From: an uncultured Gammaproteobacteria bacterium
Lineage (GTDB): Bacteria > Pseudomonadota > Gammaproteobacteria > JABCZS01
Direction: 5' to 3'
Length of the DNA stretch: 64,000 bases
Assembly (NCBI GenBank): GCA_963848305.1
Contig: CAWKDC010000003.1
Coordinates: 96,001-160,000, forward strand
Below, one piece after another: positions 31,134-41,593 of the stretch (position 1 is the stretch's first letter; every line of letters starts with the position of its first letter). Made by a program: the position numbers and the translations under genes. The notes below the pieces were generated by a model. It had not been told where the DNA came from. It was given only the letters and a program-made list of their open reading frames with translations, and ran no database searches.

Positions 31134-32140
31134 TGTAAGGCTTCTTCTGCAGCAAGATACCAAGACACTGTTTCTTGAAGGCCATCTTCAAACGAATGAC
31201 GGGGTGTCCAGCCTATGGTCTCTTCAATTTTTTGTGGATTGATGGCATAGCGTTTATCATGTCCGAGGCGATCTGTGACGAAACTGATTTGTGATTGATA
31301 GGGTTTTCCATCTGGCCTGGGTTGTTGCTGATTTAACACATTGCAAACAGCTTCCACTACCGCTAAATTTGTTTTTTCTGTTTTTCCACCAATATTGTAA
31401 GTTTCTCCAACGGCTCCTTTTTCAAGCACATAACGAATGGCTTCGCAATGATCGCTTACATACAACCAATCGCGGACATTTTGCCCGTCACCATAAATGG
31501 GCAAGGGTTTGCCTGATAGGGCATGTGCGATGAGCAATGGGATCAGCTTTTCTTTGTATTGATGTGGGCCGTAATTATTCGAACAATGTGTTATGAGCGT
31601 CGGTAAACCATATGTGTGATGGTACGCGCGAACGAGGTGATCAGAGGATGCTTTGCTCGCAGCATAAGGGCTATTGGGTTGGTAAGGGTGAGTTTCTGTG
31701 AACGCAGGGTCATGTGGAGACAGTGAGCCGTATACTTCATCTGTAGAAACATGTAAAAAACGGAAAGCCATTTTTGCTTGGGATGACAGTTGTGCAAAAT
31801 ATTCTTGTGCAGCTGCTAATAATCGATATGTGCCCATGATATTGGTGTGGATGAAATCTTCTGGGCTATGAATCGAACGATCAACATGAGATTCAGCAGC
31901 GAAATGAATGATTGCACATGGCTGGTGTGTCTTTAATAATGATAAGACCAGCTCGGTATTGTTGATATCATTCTGTATGAAAACATGACGAGGGTCATGT
32001 TCGATTGATTTCAAATAATGCAGGTTGCCGGCGTAAGTGAGTTTGTCGAGGTTAATGATTTTTTCATCCGATTGCTTGAGCCAGTCTAGGACGAAATTGG
32101 ACCCAATAAATCCTGCACCACCTGTGATGAGTATGGCCAT
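31130..32140 (-). CDS. rfbB: dTDP-glucose 4,6-dehydratase
   Basis: TGGAGFIGSNF, DKLTYAGN, AAESHVDRSI, VSTDEVYG, YAASK. Confidence 0.97.
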   Translation of the reverse strand: MAILITGGAGFIGSNFVLDWLKQSDEKIINLDKLTYAGNLHYLKSIEHDPRHVFIQNDINNTELVLSLLKTHQPCAIIHFAAESHVDRSIHSPEDFIHTNIMGTYRLLAAAQEYFAQLSSQAKMAFRFLHVSTDEVYGSLSPHDPAFTETHPYQPNSPYAASKASSDHLVRAYHHTYGLPTLITHCSNNYGPHQYKEKLIPLLIAHALSGKPLPIYGDGQNVRDWLYVSDHCEAIRYVLEKGAVGETYNIGGKTEKTNLAVVEAVCNVLNQQQPRPDGKPYQSQISFVTDRLGHDKRYAINPQKIEETIGWTPRHSFEDGLQETVSWYLAAEEALQ

Positions 32141-32142
32141 GT

Positions 32143-33062
32143 TCAGTATTTTCCAAGTAAAGCTGCGACCCACAATCCTATCATACCCAGTTGTGTTTGA
32201 CGAGAGAGCCCTGATTGATGTAAGTAAACTAATCTCATGAAAAAGCTGGATTCCCGGGATTTGATGAATGTGTTCAATATCCGTTGATTGTCTGGTGTCA
32301 AACGATGGATGTGTGGGAGTAGAGCCGATAACTGTATGTCATTCCATTCCTTGAACTGGTTATTCAACACCAAACGAAGCCTTTTCAATCGAGCCATCAC
32401 AGAGATATTTTGACCAACCACATTATGGTCATGCTGCCGATATCGCACACTAGGGTAGGAGTCATAATAAACATTCCCGCCAATACCGGAGATGATTTGA
32501 TACATCCACCAGTCATGGCTAACGATCTGTGTCGGCAGCATGGAACGGAGGGCGTTCCAAGCTGTTGCATTCAGCACCATGGTGTTCCCGCCTGCAATGC
32601 TTTGGGCCAATGCATTCGCAAAGCTGGGAGGATGAGGATAAAGCGGCGATAGGCCTATCTCTTGTCCTTCTGTGTTGATTAACCGCGTCCGGCTGCCATA
32701 GAGATTAGGCTGATCTGTTGGAAATGATGAGAGTACGTTGACAGCACGTTCAAGCTTATCAACTTCCCAAATATCATCTTGGTCACAAAAGGCCATGAAA
32801 GGTGTTGAGGGTTCAATCGCTGTCAAAAAACTCAAGAAATTGTGTTGAAAACCCTTTTGAGCGGCTTTAGAAGTTGGATATGGAGGCCGGGATACTGCTG
32901 GCGATAGTCTTCAATCATGGATAACGTGCGATCGGTTGAACCATCATCACTGATCACCAATTGGGCGGATAAAGTCTGTTTGGCAATAGACTCAATTTGT
33001 TGGCCAAGAAACTCTTCGCCATTTCGGGTGCATAAAAAAACAGTGATATTTTGTTTGTTCAT
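32143..33062 (-). pseudogene. GT2 glycosyltransferase split by a 1-nt frameshift near 32867 (real or sequencing error)
   Basis: N-part TRNGEEFL.QQI.SI, ISDDGSTD; C-part AFCDQDDIW, HDWW, YRQH..N; one extra A gives LLKAAQKGFQHNFLSFL. Confidence 0.82.
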
Positions 33063-33129
33063 GGTGAGGATTGTACGACAGAAATAGGGTATCATCAACA
33101 TCAAATGATTCAATGAATGTGGAGACAGC

Positions 33130-34551
33130 ATGCATTTTTGTCCAGTGATATTAGCCGGTGGCACAGGAACACGTTTATGGCCATTGTCGCGCGAGCTGAT
33201 GCCGAAACAATTTTTACCCATTGTCGGTGAGAAAACCCTTTTTCAAGACACGTTACTTCGCGCGAATGCCTTATGTGGCGATGTGGCTCCCTTAATTGTA
33301 TGTAACGATGCCCATTATTTTTTCTGTCAAGATCAACTGGCGGATATCAATATGGCTGACGTGCAATTCTTGCTTGAACCTGTCCCACGTAATACGGCCA
33401 GTGCCGTGGCGTTGGCTGCGTTGTTTTGGCAAGATCTTGGTGAGGGCGATACACCCATGCTGATCATGCCGGCAGACCATTTGTTGGCAGATAAGGAGCA
33501 TTTGAAAGCGTGCCTTATGTCTGCTGTGCCATTCGCGAAAGCGGGACGTCTGGTCACATTTGGTGTGCATCCGACAAAGCCTGAGACAGGGTATGGCTAC
33601 ATTGAAATGGGTGAAAGTTTGGATGAACAGGTTTTTCAGGTCAAACGCTTCGTCGAAAAACCCAACCGAGACACTGCAGAACATTATATTGCAGCAGGTC
33701 ACTATGTATGGAACAGTGGACTATTTTTAGTGACACCCAATGTTTATTTGGATGAGTTGAAACAGTATCAACCTGAAGTGTTATCCCATGCGACTCAAGG
33801 TTTTCGCGAAGCGCACGTGGGGAATGATTATCGTCGCATACATCAAACGCATTATGAATCTTGTCCCAATATTTCTATTGATTATGCTGTGATGGAAAAA
33901 AGCGATCAGGTTGTCGTAGTACTGCTTAAAACACATTGGTCAGATTTGGGTTGTTGGGCTGCTGTTTCTGAAAGCCATGCATCAGATGATCAAGACAATG
34001 TATTGATCGGCGATGTGATCGCGCAGCACAGCCATGATTGCTATCTGAATGCACAAGACAATCGGTTGATCGCAGCCATTGGATTGTCACACATGATGGT
34101 GGTTAGCACAGCAGATGCGATATTGGTGGCAGATAAACAATATGCGCAAGAAGTGAAGACCCTGGTAAAAAAATTGAAAGATGAGAACCATTCGAGTGTT
34201 ACAACGCATCGGCGCGTGTATCGTCCGTGGGGATATTATGAGTCTTTGGTTGCAGGCTCGCATTACCAAGTGAAGCATATCATGGTGAAACCAAATGCCC
34301 GTTTATCCTTGCAAAAACATCAACACCGCGCAGAACATTGGGTGGTAGTGCGTGGTGTGGCAGACGTTGTTAATGATGATGTGCACGTCACCCTTCACGC
34401 GAATCAATCAACGTATATTCCCAAAGGAGCTGTGCACCGGTTGTCAAATAGTGGCACGGATCCTTTGCATGTGATTGAAGTCCAGTCTGGGGATTATTTG
34501 GGCGAGGACGATATTGTGCGGTTGCAGGATGATTATGAGAGGGTTTTATAA
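33130..34551 (+). CDS. manC: Mannose-1-phosphate guanylyltransferase / mannose-6-phosphate isomerase
   Basis: VILAGGTGTRLWPLSR, PETGYGYI, SIDYAVME, RPWG, SLQKHQHRAEHW. Confidence 0.95.
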   Translation: MHFCPVILAGGTGTRLWPLSRELMPKQFLPIVGEKTLFQDTLLRANALCGDVAPLIVCNDAHYFFCQDQLADINMADVQFLLEPVPRNTASAVALAALFWQDLGEGDTPMLIMPADHLLADKEHLKACLMSAVPFAKAGRLVTFGVHPTKPETGYGYIEMGESLDEQVFQVKRFVEKPNRDTAEHYIAAGHYVWNSGLFLVTPNVYLDELKQYQPEVLSHATQGFREAHVGNDYRRIHQTHYESCPNISIDYAVMEKSDQVVVVLLKTHWSDLGCWAAVSESHASDDQDNVLIGDVIAQHSHDCYLNAQDNRLIAAIGLSHMMVVSTADAILVADKQYAQEVKTLVKKLKDENHSSVTTHRRVYRPWGYYESLVAGSHYQVKHIMVKPNARLSLQKHQHRAEHWVVVRGVADVVNDDVHVTLHANQSTYIPKGAVHRLSNSGTDPLHVIEVQSGDYLGEDDIVRLQDDYERVL

Positions 34552-35633
34552 ATGTTCACATACCGCTCCGCCATCATCTCGGCTGTAAAATCTGCCAAAT
34601 AGTGCGCACGGATATTGCTTTGTAATCGTCGATAATAATCATCTTGTAAGTGCAGTGTATTGATCGCCTGAGCCAATGCACCTGGATCGGCTGGGGGAAC
34701 CACAATCCCTGTTTTTCCCTGTTGGTTGATAAAAGAGGTGCCCGTGCCGATATCCGTTGAAATGGCTGGCTTGTGATAGCATAACCCTTCCAACAGGCTC
34801 AAACAAAATGCTTCACTGCGTAAATGCGATGGCGCAACAACAGCACGGCACAGGGTTAACAATGCGGCCTTGTCGAGATCAGGCACATACCCCAAAAATG
34901 TCACATTCTTGAGAGCGAGTTGTTTGGCGATGGCCTTGTAGCGCGCCTCTTCTGGTCCTGTGCCAGCAATCACGATGTGTGCTTGTGTGTGTCGCGCGGC
35001 TTGCAATAAAAACTCAACGCCTTTGTAGTAGCGAAGTACGCCAATGAAGAGAAAGAAATCCTTGCCCAATTGCGCTTCCCATTGTTTGAGCAACAAGGGC
35101 TCAGCCACGGGACAGTCGGATTGAGCCATACCCAGCGGTATGGCAGTGACTTTGTCGATGTGCGCCTGTAATACAGGGCTAGATTGGATGTAATGTGGTG
35201 ATGTGGCCACAATGGCTTGTGCATGGCTGAGAAAACGGTGCATCAAAGGTTCATACGGTATTTTGAGCAACCGTTGTTTAACGATGTCTGAATGATACGT
35301 GATGATGTAGGGCTTTTTACTTTTTGTGGCCAAGTGCATGATATCTGCAAATGGCCAAGGGAAATGGTAATGGATCAGATCATACGTGCGAGTCAATGAT
35401 TCAAAATGCGTGAGAAAAGGCATGCTCATCGGGCATGAGGCAAATGTGACAGTGTTCGAATAGCGGAAGACTGCATAATCACTTTTGAAGACATCCGTTT
35501 GCGGGGTTGAGCCCACCGCGACATCCGCTTTAACCCCGTGTTTGGGGAGTTCACGACACAACTGGTGAATCACTTGTTCTACGCCACCCGTTGTTTCTGG
35601 ATAGTAGCTTTTGTAGACATGCAGGGCCTTCAT
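34533..35633 (-). CDS. GT4 glycosyltransferase (WbpZ/mannosyltransferase-like)
   Basis: HVYKSYYP..GGVE, HYHFPWP, YHSDIVKQ, YYKG, SHLRSEAF. Confidence 0.9.
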   Translation of the reverse strand: MKALHVYKSYYPETTGGVEQVIHQLCRELPKHGVKADVAVGSTPQTDVFKSDYAVFRYSNTVTFASCPMSMPFLTHFESLTRTYDLIHYHFPWPFADIMHLATKSKKPYIITYHSDIVKQRLLKIPYEPLMHRFLSHAQAIVATSPHYIQSSPVLQAHIDKVTAIPLGMAQSDCPVAEPLLLKQWEAQLGKDFFLFIGVLRYYKGVEFLLQAARHTQAHIVIAGTGPEEARYKAIAKQLALKNVTFLGYVPDLDKAALLTLCRAVVAPSHLRSEAFCLSLLEGLCYHKPAISTDIGTGTSFINQQGKTGIVVPPADPGALAQAINTLHLQDDYYRRLQSNIRAHYLADFTAEMMAERYVNIYKTLS

Positions 35634-36394
35634 GGTGTTTCATTCCGAACAAAGGTTTCCTGATAAAATGCCATGGCGTCTGGGGTGGGGCCGTGGAAAA
35701 CAATGCTGCCGGCGTCCATCACAATGGATTTGTTACAGATGCTGCTGAGTAGCTCTGCATCATGGCTTGCGAGAATGACAATTTTCGAATGGTTGATCAT
35801 GCTGTCCAAACGCTCACGGGCTTTTTCAATGAATTGCGCATCACCCACACCGACGACTTCATCCAAAATGAGGATTTCTGGCTCTATGGCAGTCGCGATG
35901 GCAAATGCAAGCCGCAACTGCATGCCGCTTGAGTAGGTGCGAATGGGCATGGAGAGGTAGTCTCCCAAATCTGTGAAGGCGGCGATGGATTTGCTGTGTT
36001 CTTCGATCGCTTTGAAGGTCATGCGATTCAATAAGCCACACATGAAAATGTTTTCATAACCGGTTGATTCAGGATCGAGTCCCAACATGACATTCAGTAA
36101 GGCAGTGACTTTTCCATTGATCTGAATATCACCTTGTAGGGGCTCATAAATACCGGCCAGCACACGCAACAGGGTGCTTTTTCCAGCGCCATTGTGCCCA
36201 ATGATACCCAGCCTATCGCCATGTTCAATGTGTAAATTGATACCGCTTAGCGCGCGTACTGTGATGACATTACCATTAGCTTGTTTGATCAAGCCCCCTG
36301 TCGTGGCGCGCAATAACCGTTTTTTGAGAGAGCGGGTATTGGCCCCATATACGGGAAAGTCCAGTGATACGTTTTTCAGAGAAATGTCAGCCAT
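35630..36394 (-). CDS. wzt: Polysaccharide ABC exporter ATPase Wzt (no C-terminal carbohydrate-binding domain)
   Basis: GHNGAGKST, YSSGMQLRLAF, LILDE, LASHD. Confidence 0.93.
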   Translation of the reverse strand: MADISLKNVSLDFPVYGANTRSLKKRLLRATTGGLIKQANGNVITVRALSGINLHIEHGDRLGIIGHNGAGKSTLLRVLAGIYEPLQGDIQINGKVTALLNVMLGLDPESTGYENIFMCGLLNRMTFKAIEEHSKSIAAFTDLGDYLSMPIRTYSSGMQLRLAFAIATAIEPEILILDEVVGVGDAQFIEKARERLDSMINHSKIVILASHDAELLSSICNKSIVMDAGSIVFHGPTPDAMAFYQETFVRNETP

Positions 36395-36397
36395 GTG

Positions 36398-37177
36398 TTA
36401 TACCCAAAACGCGATGCGATGTCGGCACCGCCACAATAAAAGGAACATCAATAGAAAACCTGCGAGCGTGAAACAAAGCATATAAACGTAGGTGAATAAA
36501 TCGGGTATTTGCCCAATCATGGGTTGCCGAACCAATGTGACCATTTGGTAGAACGGATTGAACAGGGTGAAAAACGAATAGCGTTCAGGGATCATGTGCG
36601 GCATCCACATGACAGGGGTGAGCAAGAAGAATATCTGAACAATACTCGTGATGATGGGTTTCACGTCCTGGAAACGTGTTCCCAGTAGGCTGACAATAAA
36701 TAGATAAGAAAAGCCGCAGAGATTCAACAAAGCGATATTCAGGATGAACACTAAAAGGGATGCCAGTGAGATGTTGACATGAAAAATAACAATAATGGGG
36801 ACGATCACCAGGGTGTTGTGTAAAAAAATCAAGGTATTCCGCGTGAGTAACCGCAAAATATAGATGGTGTAGGGCAGTTTGATTTGCTTGATAAAGTTGG
36901 CATGTTGGAACAGCACCTCAGTGCTTTCTGCAATATTCATCGCAATGAAATTCCAAGTGATCATGCCACCGGCGATATAGGGGTAGTACACACTCAGATC
37001 GACCTTAAACAATTTTGCATAAAGAAACCCCATCGTGTAAACCATGGTGGCCATACTCAAGGTGATCCAGAGTGGGCCAATGACAGAGCGACGATAGCGC
37101 AAACGCAAATCCTGCCAACCCAATAGCAGCCATACTCGCCATAGGCCAAGGCCCATCAGCGAGGTCGCGAATTGCAC
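36398..37177 (-). CDS. wzm: Polysaccharide ABC exporter permease Wzm
   Basis: DLRLRYRRSVIGPLW, multiple TM segments, FFLLTPVMW, NPFY. Confidence 0.92.
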   Translation of the reverse strand: MQFATSLMGLGLWRVWLLLGWQDLRLRYRRSVIGPLWITLSMATMVYTMGFLYAKLFKVDLSVYYPYIAGGMITWNFIAMNIAESTEVLFQHANFIKQIKLPYTIYILRLLTRNTLIFLHNTLVIVPIIVIFHVNISLASLLVFILNIALLNLCGFSYLFIVSLLGTRFQDVKPIITSIVQIFFLLTPVMWMPHMIPERYSFFTLFNPFYQMVTLVRQPMIGQIPDLFTYVYMLCFTLAGFLLMFLLLWRCRHRIAFWV

Positions 37178-37228
37178 GTATCAGAAGCGTTCGTTGCATG
37201 TATTATCCCAACCAGAGAATGATGGATT

Positions 37229-38281
37229 TTAGCATGTTTGAGGCAATTTGCGCAGATTCCAATATAAGTAGATGAGAAACAGCACGATAAAACTGCTGAA
37301 CACACCACTATCTGGTACTTGATACTGGATCATGATCCATGCAATGCATTGTCCTAACACCGCGAATCCTGCAATCACCCAGACCGCCTGGCACCGGGAG
37401 AGGCCCCGTTTGATCAGGCTGTCTTGAATATGATCGTTTCCTGGTTTAAAAGGTGAGCGCCCTTTCCTGATGCGTTTGATAAACACCGTTGCTAAATCCA
37501 TGATAGGAACCATCACGACCCATAACATGATCGCTGGAGAAGCAATCGACGTTGTTGATTGCGACAAATCAATGGTGAACCAGGCTAAGGCAAAACCAAG
37601 CAAAGTGCTGCCCGCATCCCCCATAAAGACAACTGCTTTGCGCGCAGGCCACCAGGGAAAATTAAATACTAAATAGGCGAGAACCGCGGTGGAGAATAAC
37701 ATCAATACGAGGGCTGTTTGGTGTTGGCCTGAGTATGATGCAATCGCTGCTAAGCTGATGAAGGCTATGAGACTTAAGCTGCCTGCCAAACCATCAATGC
37801 CATCCAGCATGTTGACGGCATTGATCAACGTTGCCGCGCCAAAGAGGGTAATAGGCACAGCCATGTAGCCTAAATAAAATGTTGCTTCACTGAACAAACC
37901 GCCGAGTTGTTCTAAACAAACGTGACCCCAAAAAATCATGAATGACACGGCGACAAGTTGCAAAGCCAATCGAATGCGAGCAGAGATATCGTGCAAGTCA
38001 TCTAAAATGCCGACGATCAATATAAACATTCCAATGACCATAAAACTACGGTATGGGAGGAAAACCGTGGGCAAATAAACCAACCCTGCATAAAGACCAA
38101 TGAACATCGCAATCCCGCCGACAATAGGTGTAGGCAGCGCATGTTGTTTGCGCCCCCCAGGCATGTCAACCAACCTGATTTTATTTGCCCACTTTTTCAA
38201 GACGAGTATAGTAAGCACGGTGAATATGAAAGTGATTCCGATTGCTGCAAAAAAAGTATGTTCCATCATCGTTGCATCCAT
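37229..38281 (-). CDS. wecA: Undecaprenyl-phosphate GlcNAc-1-phosphate transferase (WecA/MraY family)
   Basis: VDMPGGRKQH..PTP..GG, GILDD, NAVNMLDGIDGL, FMGDAGS. Confidence 0.88.
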   Translation of the reverse strand: MDATMMEHTFFAAIGITFIFTVLTILVLKKWANKIRLVDMPGGRKQHALPTPIVGGIAMFIGLYAGLVYLPTVFLPYRSFMVIGMFILIVGILDDLHDISARIRLALQLVAVSFMIFWGHVCLEQLGGLFSEATFYLGYMAVPITLFGAATLINAVNMLDGIDGLAGSLSLIAFISLAAIASYSGQHQTALVLMLFSTAVLAYLVFNFPWWPARKAVVFMGDAGSTLLGFALAWFTIDLSQSTTSIASPAIMLWVVMVPIMDLATVFIKRIRKGRSPFKPGNDHIQDSLIKRGLSRCQAVWVIAGFAVLGQCIAWIMIQYQVPDSGVFSSFIVLFLIYLYWNLRKLPQTC

Positions 38282-38345
38282 GTTGTATTGAACATCATCA
38301 GCATGCTACTATACCCTTTCTTTCATCAGCAGGGAAGGATATTGG

Positions 38346-39695
38346 ATGGAGATTACTGTTCACGGCGTCGGATATGTCGGGCTTGTCACAGGCGCTTGTT
38401 TTGCAGAGGCAGGTAATCATGTGGTGTGTTTTGATGTTAATGCAGCGCGCATCCATGAACTTCAACAATGCCGCCCACCGATTTATGAACCTGGTTTAGA
38501 AGAATTGCTGAAACGCAATGCCGAAGCGGGGCGCCTTAGATTCACAACCAATGTTGAAGCAGCTGTTTCGCATGCAACCGTGCAATTCGTTGCCGTGGCT
38601 ACCCCTGCGCAAGAGAATGGTGACGCTGATTTAGGCTATGTGTTAAGCGTTGCGCGTAATATCGCTGTACACATGCAGTCGTATAAATTGATCGTGAATA
38701 AGTCGACGGTGCCTGTGAATGCAGCGCACACTATTCGGCAGGTGGTTGAAGACATCACGGATATTCCTTTTGATGTGGCGTCGAATCCTGAATTCTTAAA
38801 AGAAAGCATGGCGATTGAAGATTTCATGAAACCGAATCGGGTGGTCTTAGGTGTTAATTCCGAACGGGCGACGGCATTATTGAAAGCGTTGTATACGCCA
38901 TTTGTCACCTCCCCTGAACAATTAATGTGGATGGATTTGAAATCTGCTGAGCTTTCCAAATATGCTTCCAATGCCATGCTGGCAACTCGCATCAGTTTCA
39001 TGAATGAAATGGCGCGGCTGGCGGAAGTTTATGGAGCAAACATCGAACATATTCGCCAAGCAATGGGGATGGATCCTCGCATCGGCGCGCAATACTTACA
39101 TCCCGGTCCTGGCTATGGGGGTTCATGTTTCCCGAAAGACATGAAGGCGCTGATCCACATGGGTAAAACAGTGGGTGTGGATACCCCCTTGCTGAATGCA
39201 GTTGAAGTAGTAAATCATGCTCAAAAACAACGCATGTTTGAAAAACTATATACTTATTGGGGCGGTGATTGTGCCGGGAAAACAGTGGCATTGTGGGGGT
39301 TGGCGTTTAAAGCCAACACTGACGATGTGCGTGACAGCGCGAGTATTATCTTGGTCAATGCATTATTATCACATGGTGTGAAAGTGGTGGCGTATGATCG
39401 TCTCGCCTCATACCATTTTTTATCAGCGGTAGGAGAGCGAGAAGGGTTGTCGATCGCTGCGTCTGCTGAATCAGCCTTGATCAATGCAGATGCAGTGATC
39501 ATCATGACGGATCCTCTAGCGTTCAAAACGATTGATGTCACGTTATTCAAGACAACATTAAAGTCCGCTGTGGTGTTTGATGCCCGTAATATGTACGATC
39601 CCGCCGCGATGGCGCGCGCTGGCGTGGAGTATTTCTCTATTGGGCGCAATCATGCAATGATGCATAAGGAACATGCCGATGAAACCTATTCGTAA
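38346..39695 (+). CDS. ugd: UDP-glucose 6-dehydrogenase
   Basis: GVGYVGL, KSTVP, SNPEFLKE, GYGGSCFPKD, GLAFKANTDDVR. Confidence 0.93.
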   Translation: MEITVHGVGYVGLVTGACFAEAGNHVVCFDVNAARIHELQQCRPPIYEPGLEELLKRNAEAGRLRFTTNVEAAVSHATVQFVAVATPAQENGDADLGYVLSVARNIAVHMQSYKLIVNKSTVPVNAAHTIRQVVEDITDIPFDVASNPEFLKESMAIEDFMKPNRVVLGVNSERATALLKALYTPFVTSPEQLMWMDLKSAELSKYASNAMLATRISFMNEMARLAEVYGANIEHIRQAMGMDPRIGAQYLHPGPGYGGSCFPKDMKALIHMGKTVGVDTPLLNAVEVVNHAQKQRMFEKLYTYWGGDCAGKTVALWGLAFKANTDDVRDSASIILVNALLSHGVKVVAYDRLASYHFLSAVGEREGLSIAASAESALINADAVIIMTDPLAFKTIDVTLFKTTLKSAVVFDARNMYDPAAMARAGVEYFSIGRNHAMMHKEHADETYS

Positions 39696-40542
39696 AGCGA
39701 TTTTTCCCGTGGCCGGTTTAGGCACACGTTTTTTGCCAGCCACTAAAGCAGCCCCGAAAGAATTATTGCCGATTGTCGATAAACCCCTCATTCAATATGC
39801 CGTGGAGGAAGCGATTGCTGCCGGCATTGAAGAATTGATCTTTGTGACGAGCAGTAATAAACGTGCGATAGAGGATCATTTTGATCGTAACCTAGAATTA
39901 GAATCGTATCTTGAAACGCATGGTCAACTCGAGCGATTGGCTTTGGTTCGCAATATTTTGCCTCCTCATGTGAGCTGTGCTTATGTGCGTCAAAGCGAAC
40001 CGAAAGGTTTGGGCGATGCTATTTTATGTGCGAGACGCTTGGTCGGTAACGAGCCCTTTGCGGTACTGTTGGCGGACGATTTGATTGATGGTCACGGTGC
40101 TGGCGCCATGGCACAGATGGTCGGTTTCTATCAACAGCACGGCGGGCAAGTATTGGCCGCATCTCGCGTCTCCATGAGTGAAGTTCATCATTATGGTATT
40201 GTGGACGGGGTTGAGAGTGGTGATCGCGCACACCGTGTTCATCATGTCGTTGAAAAACCTACTGAAGCAGAAGCGCCTTCCGATTTAGCAGTGATTGGCC
40301 GCTATATTTTAGATTCTGCTATTTTTGCTGTGTTAGAAAACGCTGTGCCAGGTAAAAATGGTGAAATCCAATTAACAGATGCAATTGCTTCGTTATTATC
40401 TTCCATGCCTACGCATGCCTATCAATTCGACGGTATTCGCTACGATTGTGGCAATAAACTCGGTTACATTCAGGCATGTTTGGCGTACGCGATGAAAGAC
40501 CCAACACTGGCCGCGGGGGTGCATTCCATATGTATTTTTTGA
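39673..40542 (+). CDS. galU: UTP-glucose-1-phosphate uridylyltransferase
   Basis: KAIFPVAGLGTRFLPATKA.PKELLP, VEKP, GEIQLTDAI. Confidence 0.96.
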   Translation: MPMKPIRKAIFPVAGLGTRFLPATKAAPKELLPIVDKPLIQYAVEEAIAAGIEELIFVTSSNKRAIEDHFDRNLELESYLETHGQLERLALVRNILPPHVSCAYVRQSEPKGLGDAILCARRLVGNEPFAVLLADDLIDGHGAGAMAQMVGFYQQHGGQVLAASRVSMSEVHHYGIVDGVESGDRAHRVHHVVEKPTEAEAPSDLAVIGRYILDSAIFAVLENAVPGKNGEIQLTDAIASLLSSMPTHAYQFDGIRYDCGNKLGYIQACLAYAMKDPTLAAGVHSICIF

Positions 40543-40624
40543 TGATCACCATTGTGATTTATTTTATCAAAGATCGAATGATATTTGGAGGTAAACGCTT
40601 ATTTAATTCCCGCCCGCGCGCGCC

Positions 40625-41581
40625 CTATATGTTTCCTTTAATCGCTTGCCCCAGTTGATACACTGCCAACGCATATTGGGGGCTTTTATTGTATCGTGTG
40701 ATCACGTAGAAATTCTGCAAACCTAACCAATATTCTTTATCGTTCACCATTTGGTAACCTAAGACGGTGCCCAGGGCTTTATCGTTCAAGCCGTTCAAAT
40801 CACGAACGCCTTGTGCGCGCAAGGTGCCAATCGGTGTTTTCGGTTCAATGTTATCTAATCCTACGGAAGGGTCGGACACATGGGTCAATTTGATCGCGAC
40901 TGGGCTGCCAGATTGCCAACCATAGCCTTTAAAATAATTGGCGACACTGGCGATTGCGTCGTTATGATCTGTCCATAAATTGCGTTTACCGTCGTTGTGA
41001 GAATCTACTGCATACTTACGATAAGAGCTGGGCATGAATTGGGGAATGCCCATGGCACCTGCGTAGGATCCTTTCAATGTCAGTGGATCAATATGTTGTT
41101 CACGTGTCAGCAATAAATACTCAACCAATTCTTGTCTGAAATAAGGCGCACGTTTTGGATATGCAAAGGCGAGCGTGCTCAACGCATCAATCACGCGATA
41201 GCTGCCAGTATTTCTGCCATAGCGTGTTTCTACGCCGATAATCGCCACAATGATAGAAGCAGGGACACCATATGTTTTTTCAGCCTGAGTTAACGCGGCT
41301 TTATGTTGATGGTAATATTCAACACCATCTTGAATGGATTTGGGTGTCACGAAAATAGGACGATACAGGTACCAGGGTTTGCCTTCGGCAGGGCGGTTCA
41401 TGGCATCAATAATGCTTTCTTGGATCTCAACTTTTTTGAAGACTTGATTCAGCGACTGTTGCGAAAATTGGTGCTTCTGCACCATTTCCTGAATAAAGGC
41501 TTGTACATCTGGACGCGTGCTGATATCAGCCAATGCCAGCAAGGGGAGGAATATGATGAGAGTCAGTAGACGTTTAATCAT
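40625..41581 (-). CDS. mltB: Lytic murein transglycosylase B
   Basis: IIGVETRYG, GSYAGAMGIPQFMPSSY, NFYVITRYN.S..YA. Confidence 0.95.
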   Translation of the reverse strand: MIKRLLTLIIFLPLLALADISTRPDVQAFIQEMVQKHQFSQQSLNQVFKKVEIQESIIDAMNRPAEGKPWYLYRPIFVTPKSIQDGVEYYHQHKAALTQAEKTYGVPASIIVAIIGVETRYGRNTGSYRVIDALSTLAFAYPKRAPYFRQELVEYLLLTREQHIDPLTLKGSYAGAMGIPQFMPSSYRKYAVDSHNDGKRNLWTDHNDAIASVANYFKGYGWQSGSPVAIKLTHVSDPSVGLDNIEPKTPIGTLRAQGVRDLNGLNDKALGTVLGYQMVNDKEYWLGLQNFYVITRYNKSPQYALAVYQLGQAIKGNI

Positions 41582-41593
41582 GAATATCGCCTT

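Noticed and set aside
32832-33221. 129-aa ORF as a separate gene starting at 33221
   Set aside because: The upstream part overlaps manC antisense; the real start is ATG 33062 and it is the N-part of the frameshifted GT2
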